From the NCBI GenBank assembly GCA_965205015.1, contig OZ242029.1:4192001-4256000 (forward strand): a DNA stretch of 64,000 nucleotides. The letters run 5' to 3'. Under the pieces are notes generated by a model. The model did no database searches. It was not told the DNA's origin and saw only the letters and a list, made by a program, of their open reading frames with translations. Each line of letters opens with the position of its first letter. The stretch's first letter is position 1. This document shows, piece by piece, positions 1 through 9,811 of the stretch. Source of the DNA: Candidatus Poribacteria bacterium (GTDB taxonomy: Bacteria > Poribacteria > WGA-4E > WGA-3G). Made by a program: the position numbers and the translations under genes.

Positions 1-1
1 G

Positions 2-169
2 AAAAAACTCACACAGATTGTTGAACAACTTGAAGAAGGTAACGAACTACCGCTTGAGGATTCCCTGAAACTCTTTGAAGAAGGCATCGGCTTAATCGCA
101 TCGTGCAGGCAGATTCTCGAAAATGCTGAACAGCGGGTAGAAAACGTTCTCGAAACAGATGATACTTAA
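2..169 (+). CDS. xseB: Exodeoxyribonuclease VII small subunit (5' truncated by window edge)
   Basis: Manual translation KKLTQIVEQLEEGNELPLEDSLKLFEEGIGLIASCRQILENAEQRVENVLETDDT*; XseB-like pattern; upstream of dxs as in the common xseB-(ispA)-dxs-tlyA cluster. Confidence 0.9.
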   Translation, partial: KKLTQIVEQLEEGNELPLEDSLKLFEEGIGLIASCRQILENAEQRVENVLETDDT

Positions 170-187
170 ACAGACAGGATTCATAAC

Positions 188-2041
188 ATGTTCTTAGAGA
201 AGATTAACAGTCCCGCGGATTTGAAAAACCTTGAACTCGACGAGCTCAAAGTGCTCGCTGAAGAGATGCGCGCTTATCTATTATCGGTGCTCTCTGAACA
301 TCCCGGCCATTTTGCACCGAACTTCGGGACGATTGAACTCGCAATAGCGTTGCACAAAGTGTACGATACACCGCGCGACAAGGTTATCTGGGACATCGGG
401 CATCAGGCGTATCCGCATAAACTGCTCACCGGAAGACGGGAATCGTTCCCAACGCTCCGACAAAGTGGGGGTATCAGCGGGTTCCTCAGTAGAGCCGAAA
501 GTGAATATGATGTCTTTGGCGCGGGGCACTCCAGCACTTCTATCGCTGCGGCATTGGGTGTTGCCACCGCCAGAGACCTCATCAATGAGCATTACAAAGT
601 CGTTGCCGTCATCGGAGATGGTGGGTTAACAGGCGGAATGGCATTTGAGGCGTTGAACGCTGCGGGTGACTTTAGAAACGATATGACCGTCATTCTCAAC
701 GACAATAACATGTCTATTTCAGCGACTGTCGGGGCGTTCTCTAAACATTTTCACAAACTCACGAGTTCACCCCAGTACAACCTCCTCCGCTCTGGAGCGA
801 AGGGGTTGATGAACATGATTTCAGAAGATGCCAAGCAGATAGCACGGAAGATTGAGGCGTCATTGAAACCGGGCACACTGTTTGAAGAATTCGGGTTCCG
901 CTACTTCGGTCCGCTTGATGGTAACGATTTAGAGGCGTTGATACCTGTCTTGACAGGCATCCGCAGTCTCACAGGTCCTATTCTATTGCATATCGTAACC
1001 GAGAAAGGGCGCGGCTATACGCCAGCAGAGGAAGATCCAGTTGGATTCTATAGTGTCAGTGGTCCCTTCAACCTGAAAACAGGAAAGACAACCAAACCGA
1101 AACCTAAAACCCCGACGTATACGGAAGTGTTCAGCAAAACGTTGATTGAATTAGCGAAACGCGATGCAAGGATCGTGGGAGTGACGGCAGCGATGCTTGG
1201 CGGGACGGGGTTGGATAAGTTTGCGAACGCATTCCCGAGTCGATGCTTTGACATCGGCTTGGCGGAACAGTGTGCGGTTACGTTCGCGGGTGGGCTTGCG
1301 ACACAAGGCATGCGTCCCGTTGCCGCTATCTATTCCACCTTCCTCCAGCGGAGTTACGATCAGGTCTTACACGACGTGTGCATCCAAAACCTGCCGGTTG
1401 TTTTCGCATTGGATAGAGGCGGACTTGTGGGCGCAGATGGTCCAACACATCACGGCGTTTTCGATTTCGCATTCCTCCGCTCCATTCCAAACATGGTCGT
1501 CATGGCACCCAAAGATGAGAACGAACTCCAGGCTATGGTGAAGACAGCTGTCGTGTATCAAGAGGGTCCCATTGCGTTCCGTTACCCGCGCGGCACTGGG
1601 GTCGGTGTGAAAATGGCAGCGGAACCGCAGGCACTCCCGATTGGAAAAAGTGAGATCGTTAGAGAGGGTGAGGATGTACTCGTGATTGCCATTGGCAACC
1701 GCGTCTATCCTGCGCTTGAAGCAGCGCAAACGTTAGCCGATGCTGGCGTCTCAGCGGCGGTTATTAACGCACGGTTTGTCAAGCCTCTGGACACTGCGAC
1801 AATTCTACCACTTGCAGAACGGATCGGTAAGGTAATTACGATTGAAGATGGTGTGATAATGGGCGGTTTCGGGAGTGCTGTTTTGGAAGCACTCGCTGGA
1901 GCGGGTCTCAAAGATGTGCAGATCAGAAATCTCGGTATCCCCGATGAATTTATTGAACACGGTGATGTCCAGCACCTTTATGCCCTGTGTCAATGTGATG
2001 CCGATGCCGTTGTCCGAACCGCACAAGCGATGCTACAATAG
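188..2041 (+). CDS. dxs: 1-deoxy-D-xylulose-5-phosphate synthase
   Basis: GHQAYPHKLLTGR, GHSSTS, TPP motif GDG...NDN, DRGGLVGADGPTHHG; 617 aa. Confidence 0.97.
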   Translation: MFLEKINSPADLKNLELDELKVLAEEMRAYLLSVLSEHPGHFAPNFGTIELAIALHKVYDTPRDKVIWDIGHQAYPHKLLTGRRESFPTLRQSGGISGFLSRAESEYDVFGAGHSSTSIAAALGVATARDLINEHYKVVAVIGDGGLTGGMAFEALNAAGDFRNDMTVILNDNNMSISATVGAFSKHFHKLTSSPQYNLLRSGAKGLMNMISEDAKQIARKIEASLKPGTLFEEFGFRYFGPLDGNDLEALIPVLTGIRSLTGPILLHIVTEKGRGYTPAEEDPVGFYSVSGPFNLKTGKTTKPKPKTPTYTEVFSKTLIELAKRDARIVGVTAAMLGGTGLDKFANAFPSRCFDIGLAEQCAVTFAGGLATQGMRPVAAIYSTFLQRSYDQVLHDVCIQNLPVVFALDRGGLVGADGPTHHGVFDFAFLRSIPNMVVMAPKDENELQAMVKTAVVYQEGPIAFRYPRGTGVGVKMAAEPQALPIGKSEIVREGEDVLVIAIGNRVYPALEAAQTLADAGVSAAVINARFVKPLDTATILPLAERIGKVITIEDGVIMGGFGSAVLEALAGAGLKDVQIRNLGIPDEFIEHGDVQHLYALCQCDADAVVRTAQAMLQ

Positions 2042-2047
2042 AAAAAG

Positions 2048-2148
2048 TCTGAACTGTGATTTAAATGATTGAAGGATTACCTTGATTGTCGGAGTTTTCA
2101 TTCTTCCATCATGGTGAATCACATAAATCACATAAATCTTGGTCAAAA
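2048..2148. repeat. Intergenic imperfect palindrome built of TGTGATT/AATCACA units
   Basis: tgtgatttaaatgatt ... aatcacataaatcacataaatc; arms are reverse complements. Confidence 0.55.
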
Positions 2149-3009
2149 ATGCGGATAGACACCTTTCTGGTAGCGCGCGGCTTGGCAGAGAGTCGGGAAC
2201 AGGCGAAACGGCTCATTCTTGCGGGTGCAGTGACCGTCAACGGAAACGCCAGAATAAAGCCAGGACAACGGATTCCCGCTGATGCCAAAGTGGTCGTCCA
2301 GCAGCAACAAAAATATGTGAGCCGAGGCGGGTTCAAGTTAGAAAAGGCGTTACACACCTTTGACATAAACGTTCAAAATCGGGTTGCGCTTGATGTCGGT
2401 GCGTCAACAGGTGGGTTCACAGATTGTCTCCTCCAGCACGGTGCGAAATTCGTCTACGCCATCGATGTCGGTTACGGACAACTGGCGTGGAAACTTCGCA
2501 CGCATCCGCAGGTGCAACCGATTGAGAAAACGAACATCCGACACCTAACGCCAGCACACCTAAAAGCATCAGCGTTGAATGACCGGCAAGATTGTGCCTC
2601 CATTGCCGTGATTGATGTCTCCTTTATCTCTTTGAGAACGGTGCTGCCGAGTGTCATCAAGCTTATCACGCAGCAAGATAACAGTCAATTATCGATTGAC
2701 ATCATCGCACTGCTGAAACCGCAATTTGAAGCTGGCAAGGCATACGTAAAAAAAGGTGGGATCGTGTCTGATAAACAGGTCCATATCCAGACGATAGATA
2801 CCCTCAGTGCTTTCGTCACGGAGAAACTCGGAGCCACAATGAGAGGATTGACCTATTCACCGATCCACAAGGACATCGGAAATATTGAGTACTTGCTTTG
2901 GCTTACGGTCGATGGTAAGCGTCGGGATTTTCGTCAACATCAACAGACAGCTGCTGAGGTTGTAGAAGCGGCTCACGAATTTTTTAATTGTTCGCAAGGT
3001 GTTAATTGA
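2149..3009 (+). CDS. tlyA: TlyA family rRNA methyltransferase (S4 + FtsJ domains)
   Basis: MRIDTFLV S4 start, YVSRGGFKL, DVGASTGGFTDCLLQ, DVSFISL, KPQFEAG; start moved to ATG 2149 because the track's extension lies in a repeat. Confidence 0.93.
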   Translation: MRIDTFLVARGLAESREQAKRLILAGAVTVNGNARIKPGQRIPADAKVVVQQQQKYVSRGGFKLEKALHTFDINVQNRVALDVGASTGGFTDCLLQHGAKFVYAIDVGYGQLAWKLRTHPQVQPIEKTNIRHLTPAHLKASALNDRQDCASIAVIDVSFISLRTVLPSVIKLITQQDNSQLSIDIIALLKPQFEAGKAYVKKGGIVSDKQVHIQTIDTLSAFVTEKLGATMRGLTYSPIHKDIGNIEYLLWLTVDGKRRDFRQHQQTAAEVVEAAHEFFNCSQGVN

Positions 3010-3042
3010 AGTCATAACTTCATTGAAGGTTTTCTCTCATAT

Positions 3043-3113
3043 CCGCCTGCGTGTTTTTGCAAACGCTAAAATCCAATGCGAAGAAAGTATTTCTGCGTAT
3101 TGTTGCAGGCTAC
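3043..3113 (+). repeat. 71-bp dispersed repeat, copy 1 (inverted copy at 50799-50869)
   Basis: ccgcctgcgtgtttttgcaaacgc...tgttgcaggctac is the reverse complement of 50799-50869; terminal gcctgc/gcaggc arms. Confidence 0.9.
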
Positions 3114-3138
3114 TGTCTTAAGTTAATTTTCGTAACCG

Positions 3139-3246
3139 TAGCCCGTAATGTAATGGAGGGGTTTTTGCTTGGGTGTTTCTTCAGATTTAAGAAAGGAACT
3201 TTAAAGATGAAATCTGCGTTATTCCTCCGCAAGGTAAAATTAAAAA
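3139..3246 (+). repeat. Dispersed element copy 1 (copy 2 at 63147-63233)
   Basis: Shared ends tagcccgtaatgtaatggaggg and gcaaggtaaaattaaaaa with divergent middles. Confidence 0.8.
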
Positions 3247-6200
3247 TTTTCGTCGGGATATTCCTCATTGTCGGGCTATGTGGAACGCTTTTCTTTATCC
3301 GTTCGAGGACCTTTCTGGATTGGATAGAGGGACGGCTTGAGACTGAACTCAAAAATAGGATAGACAGTAGCTACACCGCAACCGTCGGCAACATAGAGGG
3401 AAATATCTTAGGGAGCGTCAGCGTTAGAAGCGTTGAGATTTCCAAGGAAAACAGACCGGTAATCTCCACTGGAAAAGTCTTACTCAAATACAATCTGTTA
3501 GGGCTGCTCACTCGGAGATTTGAGGTGAAGGCGCTACAGGTAGATAAAGCGGAGATTCACGCCCGTAGGAACGCCGATGGTGACCTTAATCTGACACATA
3601 TCTTTACGAAACAGGACGGACAAGACGCCGCACAGTTCGATTTTGCCATTGAATTGCTCCAGTTGACTGACGGAACCCTCGGTTACACCGACACGCAACG
3701 CAATCTTGATCTCCGGATTGATGGAATTACCATTGCGGTGAAAGGACCTCTCAACACATGGAAGCATAACGGAAGGTTTGAAATTGAAAGTGGCAGTTTC
3801 AGGTTCAACGGTGCTGAAACGGCAATTGACACGTTTGATGCCGATTTTCAGATCTCCGTCAGCGGCAGTACATTGGATAAACTTCGATTGGAATTTGGCA
3901 ACTCCAATTTGGAGGTTACTGGCGAATTGATCCACAAAGAAACCGCGCCTGCTTGGAACAGCAAAGTCGAATTAAACCTGAACTTTGCAGATATAGCGTC
4001 GTTTTTGGGCGAAAATATTGAACTTAAAGGGAATGTTGGCGCGACGCTGGTCGTGAATGGTACAGATTCCGCCTTAGCAGGAACGCTCTCTGTGGAAATA
4101 CCAACGTTCTCCGCTGTCCCTGCCCCGTCAGGTCTTGTGCCTGCCCACAGTCGCAACATAGCGTTGACAGCAGGACATGTTGACGCGGATTTCAACTCCG
4201 AACCCACCCCAATATTCACAGTAAAAAAACTCAGTTTCCAAGTCGCCGATGGTACCGTGGTCGGCGATGGGAGCGTCACGTCACAGAATGCGTTGGAAGG
4301 TCCTCTGCTAAAGAGCCTTCAACAATTGTCAACCCATCCGATGACTTACCGCGGAAAATGGGACGCGACAAACGTACAACTGGTCTCCCTGCTGTCAATG
4401 TTCACGCACCCCCCAGAAAACCTTACTGGCAGCACGGGACTTCTCTCAAGTCGTGGAGAACTCAGTGGCAATAGCACGAACATTTCAAGTCTCGAACTTG
4501 ACAGCAAAATAGTGCTGACAGGGACAACACTCGACGAAGTTAAACTTGACGATTCGACGCTCAATTGCACAATAGCATCGGGTGAATTGAAAATCGACGG
4601 GAACTTAGATGAAACTGAGATTAATATCACAGGTCCCTTTCCCGTTGAACGCCAAGACGTTTTGGATATCCACGCAACAGACCTCAATTTCGATGATTTG
4701 ATGAAAATTGTCGACAGTGCGGATATCGGCGGGACAGCAGAGGTGTCCGCGCAGTTGTCGGACGGCACACTGACCGGGTTTATGAAAATTCCGAATGCGA
4801 CTTTCAACGACATCCCGATCGGTGCTTTGTCGGGTGATTTCCGCTACCAAGACGGACGGGTATTCATCGAAAACGGATTGATGACGAAAAATACAATAGA
4901 ACAGCTGATAACTACTAAAACTCAATATGAGAGTCGCACCAAAATAACCGGTATTGTAGAGGTTAAAGGCGAATTCCCCGCAGATTTCCGCGTCATCGCC
5001 GACCCGGTTTACGTCCAACATTACCCGAAACTCTTGTTAGGTGCTGAATATCCTGTAGAGGGTGAGATCAGAGGCGAACTCACATTGAGTGGAACGCTCA
5101 TCCATCTGGATGGCAGTGCCGACTTCAGTGTTACCGAAAGCGTGGCATGGGGTATCCATTTGGATCCGCTGACGCTCCCTTTGGAGATTGAGGATTACAC
5201 CTTCAGACTGCCAGATTTCAAGATAACCACGCGCGGTCAGCAGATTACCTTTAATGTTACAGCCGCCCCTAACGGGGACTATGACCTTCTCCTTGAAAGT
5301 GATGCCCCTGTCCGTTTAGAAGAAATTGCGAAGGCGGCAAATCTCCCCGATTTCCCCTTTGAAGGACAATTCGACGTTCGGGTTGTTGGAACGCTCAAAA
5401 AACCGGCGCGTCCTGATATTCAGGTTAAACTCGATTTTTCAGACTTCACCTTCTTGCACAATGAACGCGGCACAAAATATCCGCTCGGCGATGTCTATCT
5501 GCTCGGAAAACTCGTAGAACGGGAAGAGACTACCGGTGAACCCGATATCTACGACTTCCAGGGACACGGTTTTGAGGGGACGAGTCAGATTCAGGGGTAC
5601 ATCAGCATGGCTGCAGGGAACCCTTACCAGTTCACGGCGGAGGGTGAGACTTTTGACATGACACGGATCCTACCCATATTACACCCAATGCTTGAGGCGG
5701 TTACGGGGACCGCTGATGGGACCGCATCAATAAGGGGGACATTGGCAGACCTCGCACCATCGACTGAGGACGAAGTTACTGAATCCCAGAAACAACAGGT
5801 CTATCCCTATGATGTTGATATTCTTGTGAGTCGTTGTCAGTTGTCGGTTAACAGTCGTCAGTTAAGAGGTGGGTCTGTTGAACCAGAGTCTTCTTTAACT
5901 AACCATCAACAACTGATAACTGAAAACTATTCTTTCACAAATACTGAACCGATTCGCCTGCATCTCAAAGACGACACATGGACAATCGATACCCTTTCCC
6001 TAAGGACATCCGAAGATAAAGTCCCGTTTCTTGAATTGACAGGGACCTTGGATGCTAAAACTGAGATGATGAATCTGCACGCTGCATCTGACGGGTTCGC
6101 GCTGCTACCTTTTGAAGAGACATTCGGACTTCCACCTGGCATGCTGCAAGCCGGTGCTGTTCGTTATGATTTGAAAGTGACGGGGACATCCCTCGAACCC

Positions 6201-9200
6201 ACTGTTCAGTTAGAATGGGAAATCCCGACGCTCATATTAGAAACAGATGCGGGTGATATTGACATTGCCGATGCGGGTGGGGTCATAACATATCAAAGGG
6301 AGACGCTGCGTTTTGAGAGCTGCGCTTTCAAACTCTTCGGGAACGATGTGAACTTGGAAGGGTATATTGATGTTCATCCCGAAACGGTTAACACCTCGGA
6401 GTTACACCTCCGCGTCGATACGATTACCTTAGATCTTGCCACTCTGCCGATGGTGGCTCTCGATACTCTTGGATCCGGTAACGGAGTAACCGGGATTTTA
6501 GAGGCATCAATAGAGATCGGCGGCACGCTCGCTGAGCCGCTTGCGCTCCTATACGCCGAAACAGTCGGACAGCGGCCGATTCGTGTTGTCTCTTATATTC
6601 CGTCTATCACGCTGGAGCGCCTTCGTGTAGATGTTCATTTCGATTCAGACTTCGTGCGTGTTCAAAGGGTGGAAGCGAACGGGCAGGTGGGAGAGGGTCC
6701 CTACCGTGTCCAAGGAAAAGCCGTGTTCTCACGCGGGAATAGCCGTCAGCCATCAGCCGTCAACCATCAGCAGTCAGCCGATAGCTATTTCGAGGTTGAT
6801 GTGTCAGCGTCACAAATAGGGATTGGGGACTATGGTTTCGCTTCAGGACGTGTTAAGCTCAGCGGGACGGGCTTAGACCCACAGCAGCTTACGGTAATTG
6901 GTGAAATAAAGGAACTGGAACTTGACGGCTACAATTTCCGTCTGACGAACAGCGCGCCGCTCCAATTCATATCGGATCCAGCAGGAACGACTGAGGAAGC
7001 GGAGCCGCTTGCTGTGCACATTCCGCTACAACTCGAATCACCGGCTATGACAGCGGCGATGGAGGTCAACATTGCAGGCACCATTACCTCCCCTGAAATC
7101 ACAGCAGACTGGCACGGCATACTCAATGACAAGGCGTGGACAGGCAAAATCCAGTATCGAGATGAACGGATAAACGTCACCGGAATAGAACTCAAAAACT
7201 CTGAAGGGACGTTAACTTTCGTAGGTGTTATTCCGTTTAATCTGACGTTTGAAGCGATGGATATATCTGAACGGTTTATGGCGCTACCTATTGATGTACG
7301 TCTTCGAGGTAGCGAACTGCCTCTCAATTTTTTTCCAAGGATTGAGGGGATGCCCTTTTCAGAGGCGGATGGCACCGTTGACATAGATTTGGGACTGCAA
7401 GGCACAAGTCGATCGCCGGAACTCGTGGGCACCGTGTTTCTTGAAGCACCGCAACTACATCTCAAGGACTTTCACGGAGAAGGAGAAGAAAATGGAAAAC
7501 GAAGTTTTCCATCCCTTCTTCCGCCGCTTCAGAATATGCAGCTGCACCTCAGTGCGCGGGAAGACTTGATTGATTTCACAGCATTTCGATTCGACATAGC
7601 GGACGGTACCTGTAGACTTGAACAAGGGCAGGTCGTATTAGACGGCTTAATGCCAAAATACTTGATATTACGAGGGTTGAGATTAGAACGATTTCCACTC
7701 GGTTCGACTCTCCGTCAGGTCTTGCCGCCAGACCTGTCAAAAGAGGTAGAGGGACATATAACAACGACCTTACGTTCATTAACAGTGCCATTCGATAATT
7801 TCTTAGGGCTTGGAGAAAGTACGCCATTTCCACAAGTCCGAGAGATCCCTTCACTCACGGACCTTGTGACTGTTTCAAATGCGGATTTATCAATTGATAG
7901 TGTCCGCTTCGCTTTCAAGGCAGTGGATCGGACTTATGACTTCCGAAACCCGCGAAAGACCCCGATCGTTCTGAGTGGTGGAACTTTGGCTTTAACGGAG
8001 ATTTTCACGCTTGAAAACCGAGACGAATTCTCAGTCAAGCAGACCTTTACCGACGAGGATACAAAACCTGATGGTTTACTTGGGAACGAACAAACACTGT
8101 CAGCCAAGACGACGCTCAGTATAGATGCTGAAAGTAAATGGTCAGTGGACGGGGTTTTTGATGGCGCACTTCGGATCAAGAATTTTGATGTCTCCGTGAT
8201 AACCGACAGGTGGCCTGCGCCGTATCGGGTTACCGGTGCCCTGTCTGGAAGTCTACAGATGAGCGGGACCAGCGAGAATCCGAAGATAACCGTGCGGCGG
8301 CACGAGCGCGAACCTGCCGAACTCTACCTACACGATATCCCGATTGACCTGCGCTGGAGGATCCGCTATCAGAACGGGAAGTGGGAAATAACAGAGAAAC
8401 GATACGTGGAAGTTACATTCGGTGAAAACCAGTTGACTTTCTCATGGACAATGCCTTACAAATTTGAGGTAATTCCGTTCCTGACGGCACTGCAACAGAC
8501 ACCAGAAAAGGTCTGGACGGAACTCCAAGAGACTGAGATGCATGGAACTTTGGATATAAAAATAAACGACCTGACCATGCTACCGTCTGTGGTCCCAGGG
8601 CTTAGCACTGCAACGGGGACGAGTGAAATCCATACCAAATTGACAGGGACGATTGAAACCCCGCAAGTCGATGGGAGTGTCCGTTTCGAGAATATAGGAC
8701 TTACGTTTTCTGAAGCGAATATTCGGGTTAAAGAGGTTGAAGGCGACATTCGGTTATCAGAAACAGAGGCAACTATTAGGCAATTTGAAGGCATCTTGAA
8801 CAACGGGAGATTTGTTACTACGGGCAACATTATCGCGCCGCCAGATAGACCCATCTGGGAGAAACCTCCGACGTTGAATGTGTCCACGGGTCTCACATCA
8901 ACGGTTTTTGAACAGATGGGACAGTATCGAGTGGACCTCGCTTCCATGTCAGTTGGTCTGCACGGTGAACTGCTACGCCCGCGTCTCACGGGGGAACTCG
9001 ATATCAACGGCGGCTACTACCAACAGAATTGGGAAAGCGTTCGGGATTGGCTTACAGGGGGTTCGGTCAAGGAGACAGAACTTGTATTGGATTCCCCGAT
9101 TCTACGCGATTTACATCTGGATGGGGTAGATATTAACATCTCTGATAATTTTCGTGTGCTTTCATCAATCACAGGACCTACAGATATTGAAATCGCCTGT

Positions 9201-9716
9201 TTAGGCAAACTCTTCGGGACAATCCGTCAGCCGGTATACAGTGGGAACGTATCGGTACTGAGCGGAAAAATTGGGTTCATTGCGCAGACTTTTGAATTCC
9301 TCGAAGGTTCTCGAATCAGCAATCAGAGCACTGTTGACTTCGATCCAGAACTCAATATCTTTCTCCGGACCCCGAACCGGATTCGCGGTGTGCTACCGAG
9401 AGATGGAAGCACAATAGATCTTCAAGTGTATGCCGCCTTTACTGGCACTCTCAGCAATCCGAATTTCGTCCTGAGCGCGCCCCCTGAAACGACAACGGAA
9501 GTCCTCTCACACGACGATATTATAGATTTCATCTTACAGAACGCTGCACTCTCAGGCGCGCTCGGTGCGTTTACGTTTAGTTTCCACCGTCCGCTTGATG
9601 AAGATGCACGGTATATCAGTGCAGAGTACCCACTTGGGAAAAATGTGTCCATTAAAATTGAAACCAACGAAAAAAGGGAACACGGGATTGACCTTGAATT
9701 CAAAGGGCGGTTCTAA
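3207..9716 (+). CDS. tamB: TamB/AsmA-like translocation and assembly module protein
   Basis: About 2170 aa, N-terminal membrane anchor, long beta-rich repetitive body, TamB-like C-terminus (DPELNI...TGTLSNP), directly upstream of an Omp85 gene; start at ATG 3207 inferred. Confidence 0.8.
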   Translation: MKSALFLRKVKLKIFVGIFLIVGLCGTLFFIRSRTFLDWIEGRLETELKNRIDSSYTATVGNIEGNILGSVSVRSVEISKENRPVISTGKVLLKYNLLGLLTRRFEVKALQVDKAEIHARRNADGDLNLTHIFTKQDGQDAAQFDFAIELLQLTDGTLGYTDTQRNLDLRIDGITIAVKGPLNTWKHNGRFEIESGSFRFNGAETAIDTFDADFQISVSGSTLDKLRLEFGNSNLEVTGELIHKETAPAWNSKVELNLNFADIASFLGENIELKGNVGATLVVNGTDSALAGTLSVEIPTFSAVPAPSGLVPAHSRNIALTAGHVDADFNSEPTPIFTVKKLSFQVADGTVVGDGSVTSQNALEGPLLKSLQQLSTHPMTYRGKWDATNVQLVSLLSMFTHPPENLTGSTGLLSSRGELSGNSTNISSLELDSKIVLTGTTLDEVKLDDSTLNCTIASGELKIDGNLDETEINITGPFPVERQDVLDIHATDLNFDDLMKIVDSADIGGTAEVSAQLSDGTLTGFMKIPNATFNDIPIGALSGDFRYQDGRVFIENGLMTKNTIEQLITTKTQYESRTKITGIVEVKGEFPADFRVIADPVYVQHYPKLLLGAEYPVEGEIRGELTLSGTLIHLDGSADFSVTESVAWGIHLDPLTLPLEIEDYTFRLPDFKITTRGQQITFNVTAAPNGDYDLLLESDAPVRLEEIAKAANLPDFPFEGQFDVRVVGTLKKPARPDIQVKLDFSDFTFLHNERGTKYPLGDVYLLGKLVEREETTGEPDIYDFQGHGFEGTSQIQGYISMAAGNPYQFTAEGETFDMTRILPILHPMLEAVTGTADGTASIRGTLADLAPSTEDEVTESQKQQVYPYDVDILVSRCQLSVNSRQLRGGSVEPESSLTNHQQLITENYSFTNTEPIRLHLKDDTWTIDTLSLRTSEDKVPFLELTGTLDAKTEMMNLHAASDGFALLPFEETFGLPPGMLQAGAVRYDLKVTGTSLEPTVQLEWEIPTLILETDAGDIDIADAGGVITYQRETLRFESCAFKLFGNDVNLEGYIDVHPETVNTSELHLRVDTITLDLATLPMVALDTLGSGNGVTGILEASIEIGGTLAEPLALLYAETVGQRPIRVVSYIPSITLERLRVDVHFDSDFVRVQRVEANGQVGEGPYRVQGKAVFSRGNSRQPSAVNHQQSADSYFEVDVSASQIGIGDYGFASGRVKLSGTGLDPQQLTVIGEIKELELDGYNFRLTNSAPLQFISDPAGTTEEAEPLAVHIPLQLESPAMTAAMEVNIAGTITSPEITADWHGILNDKAWTGKIQYRDERINVTGIELKNSEGTLTFVGVIPFNLTFEAMDISERFMALPIDVRLRGSELPLNFFPRIEGMPFSEADGTVDIDLGLQGTSRSPELVGTVFLEAPQLHLKDFHGEGEENGKRSFPSLLPPLQNMQLHLSAREDLIDFTAFRFDIADGTCRLEQGQVVLDGLMPKYLILRGLRLERFPLGSTLRQVLPPDLSKEVEGHITTTLRSLTVPFDNFLGLGESTPFPQVREIPSLTDLVTVSNADLSIDSVRFAFKAVDRTYDFRNPRKTPIVLSGGTLALTEIFTLENRDEFSVKQTFTDEDTKPDGLLGNEQTLSAKTTLSIDAESKWSVDGVFDGALRIKNFDVSVITDRWPAPYRVTGALSGSLQMSGTSENPKITVRRHEREPAELYLHDIPIDLRWRIRYQNGKWEITEKRYVEVTFGENQLTFSWTMPYKFEVIPFLTALQQTPEKVWTELQETEMHGTLDIKINDLTMLPSVVPGLSTATGTSEIHTKLTGTIETPQVDGSVRFENIGLTFSEANIRVKEVEGDIRLSETEATIRQFEGILNNGRFVTTGNIIAPPDRPIWEKPPTLNVSTGLTSTVFEQMGQYRVDLASMSVGLHGELLRPRLTGELDINGGYYQQNWESVRDWLTGGSVKETELVLDSPILRDLHLDGVDINISDNFRVLSSITGPTDIEIACLGKLFGTIRQPVYSGNVSVLSGKIGFIAQTFEFLEGSRISNQSTVDFDPELNIFLRTPNRIRGVLPRDGSTIDLQVYAAFTGTLSNPNFVLSAPPETTTEVLSHDDIIDFILQNAALSGALGAFTFSFHRPLDEDARYISAEYPLGKNVSIKIETNEKREHGIDLEFKGRF

Positions 9717-9732
9717 GGGAAAAAAGTTTGCG

Positions 9733-9811
9733 AGTGTATCTAAAGTTGTGAAGTGCCTAAGGTTGTTGACAACTTTACCGACCTTAGCACACTTTATGAA
9801 CTTTAGCACAC
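9733..9811. repeat. Palindromic repeat (AGTGT..CTAAAGT family), copy 1
   Basis: agtgtatctaaagt (9733-9746) and aactttagcacac (9799-9811) match 13010-13023 and 12947-12959 in reverse complement. Confidence 0.75.
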
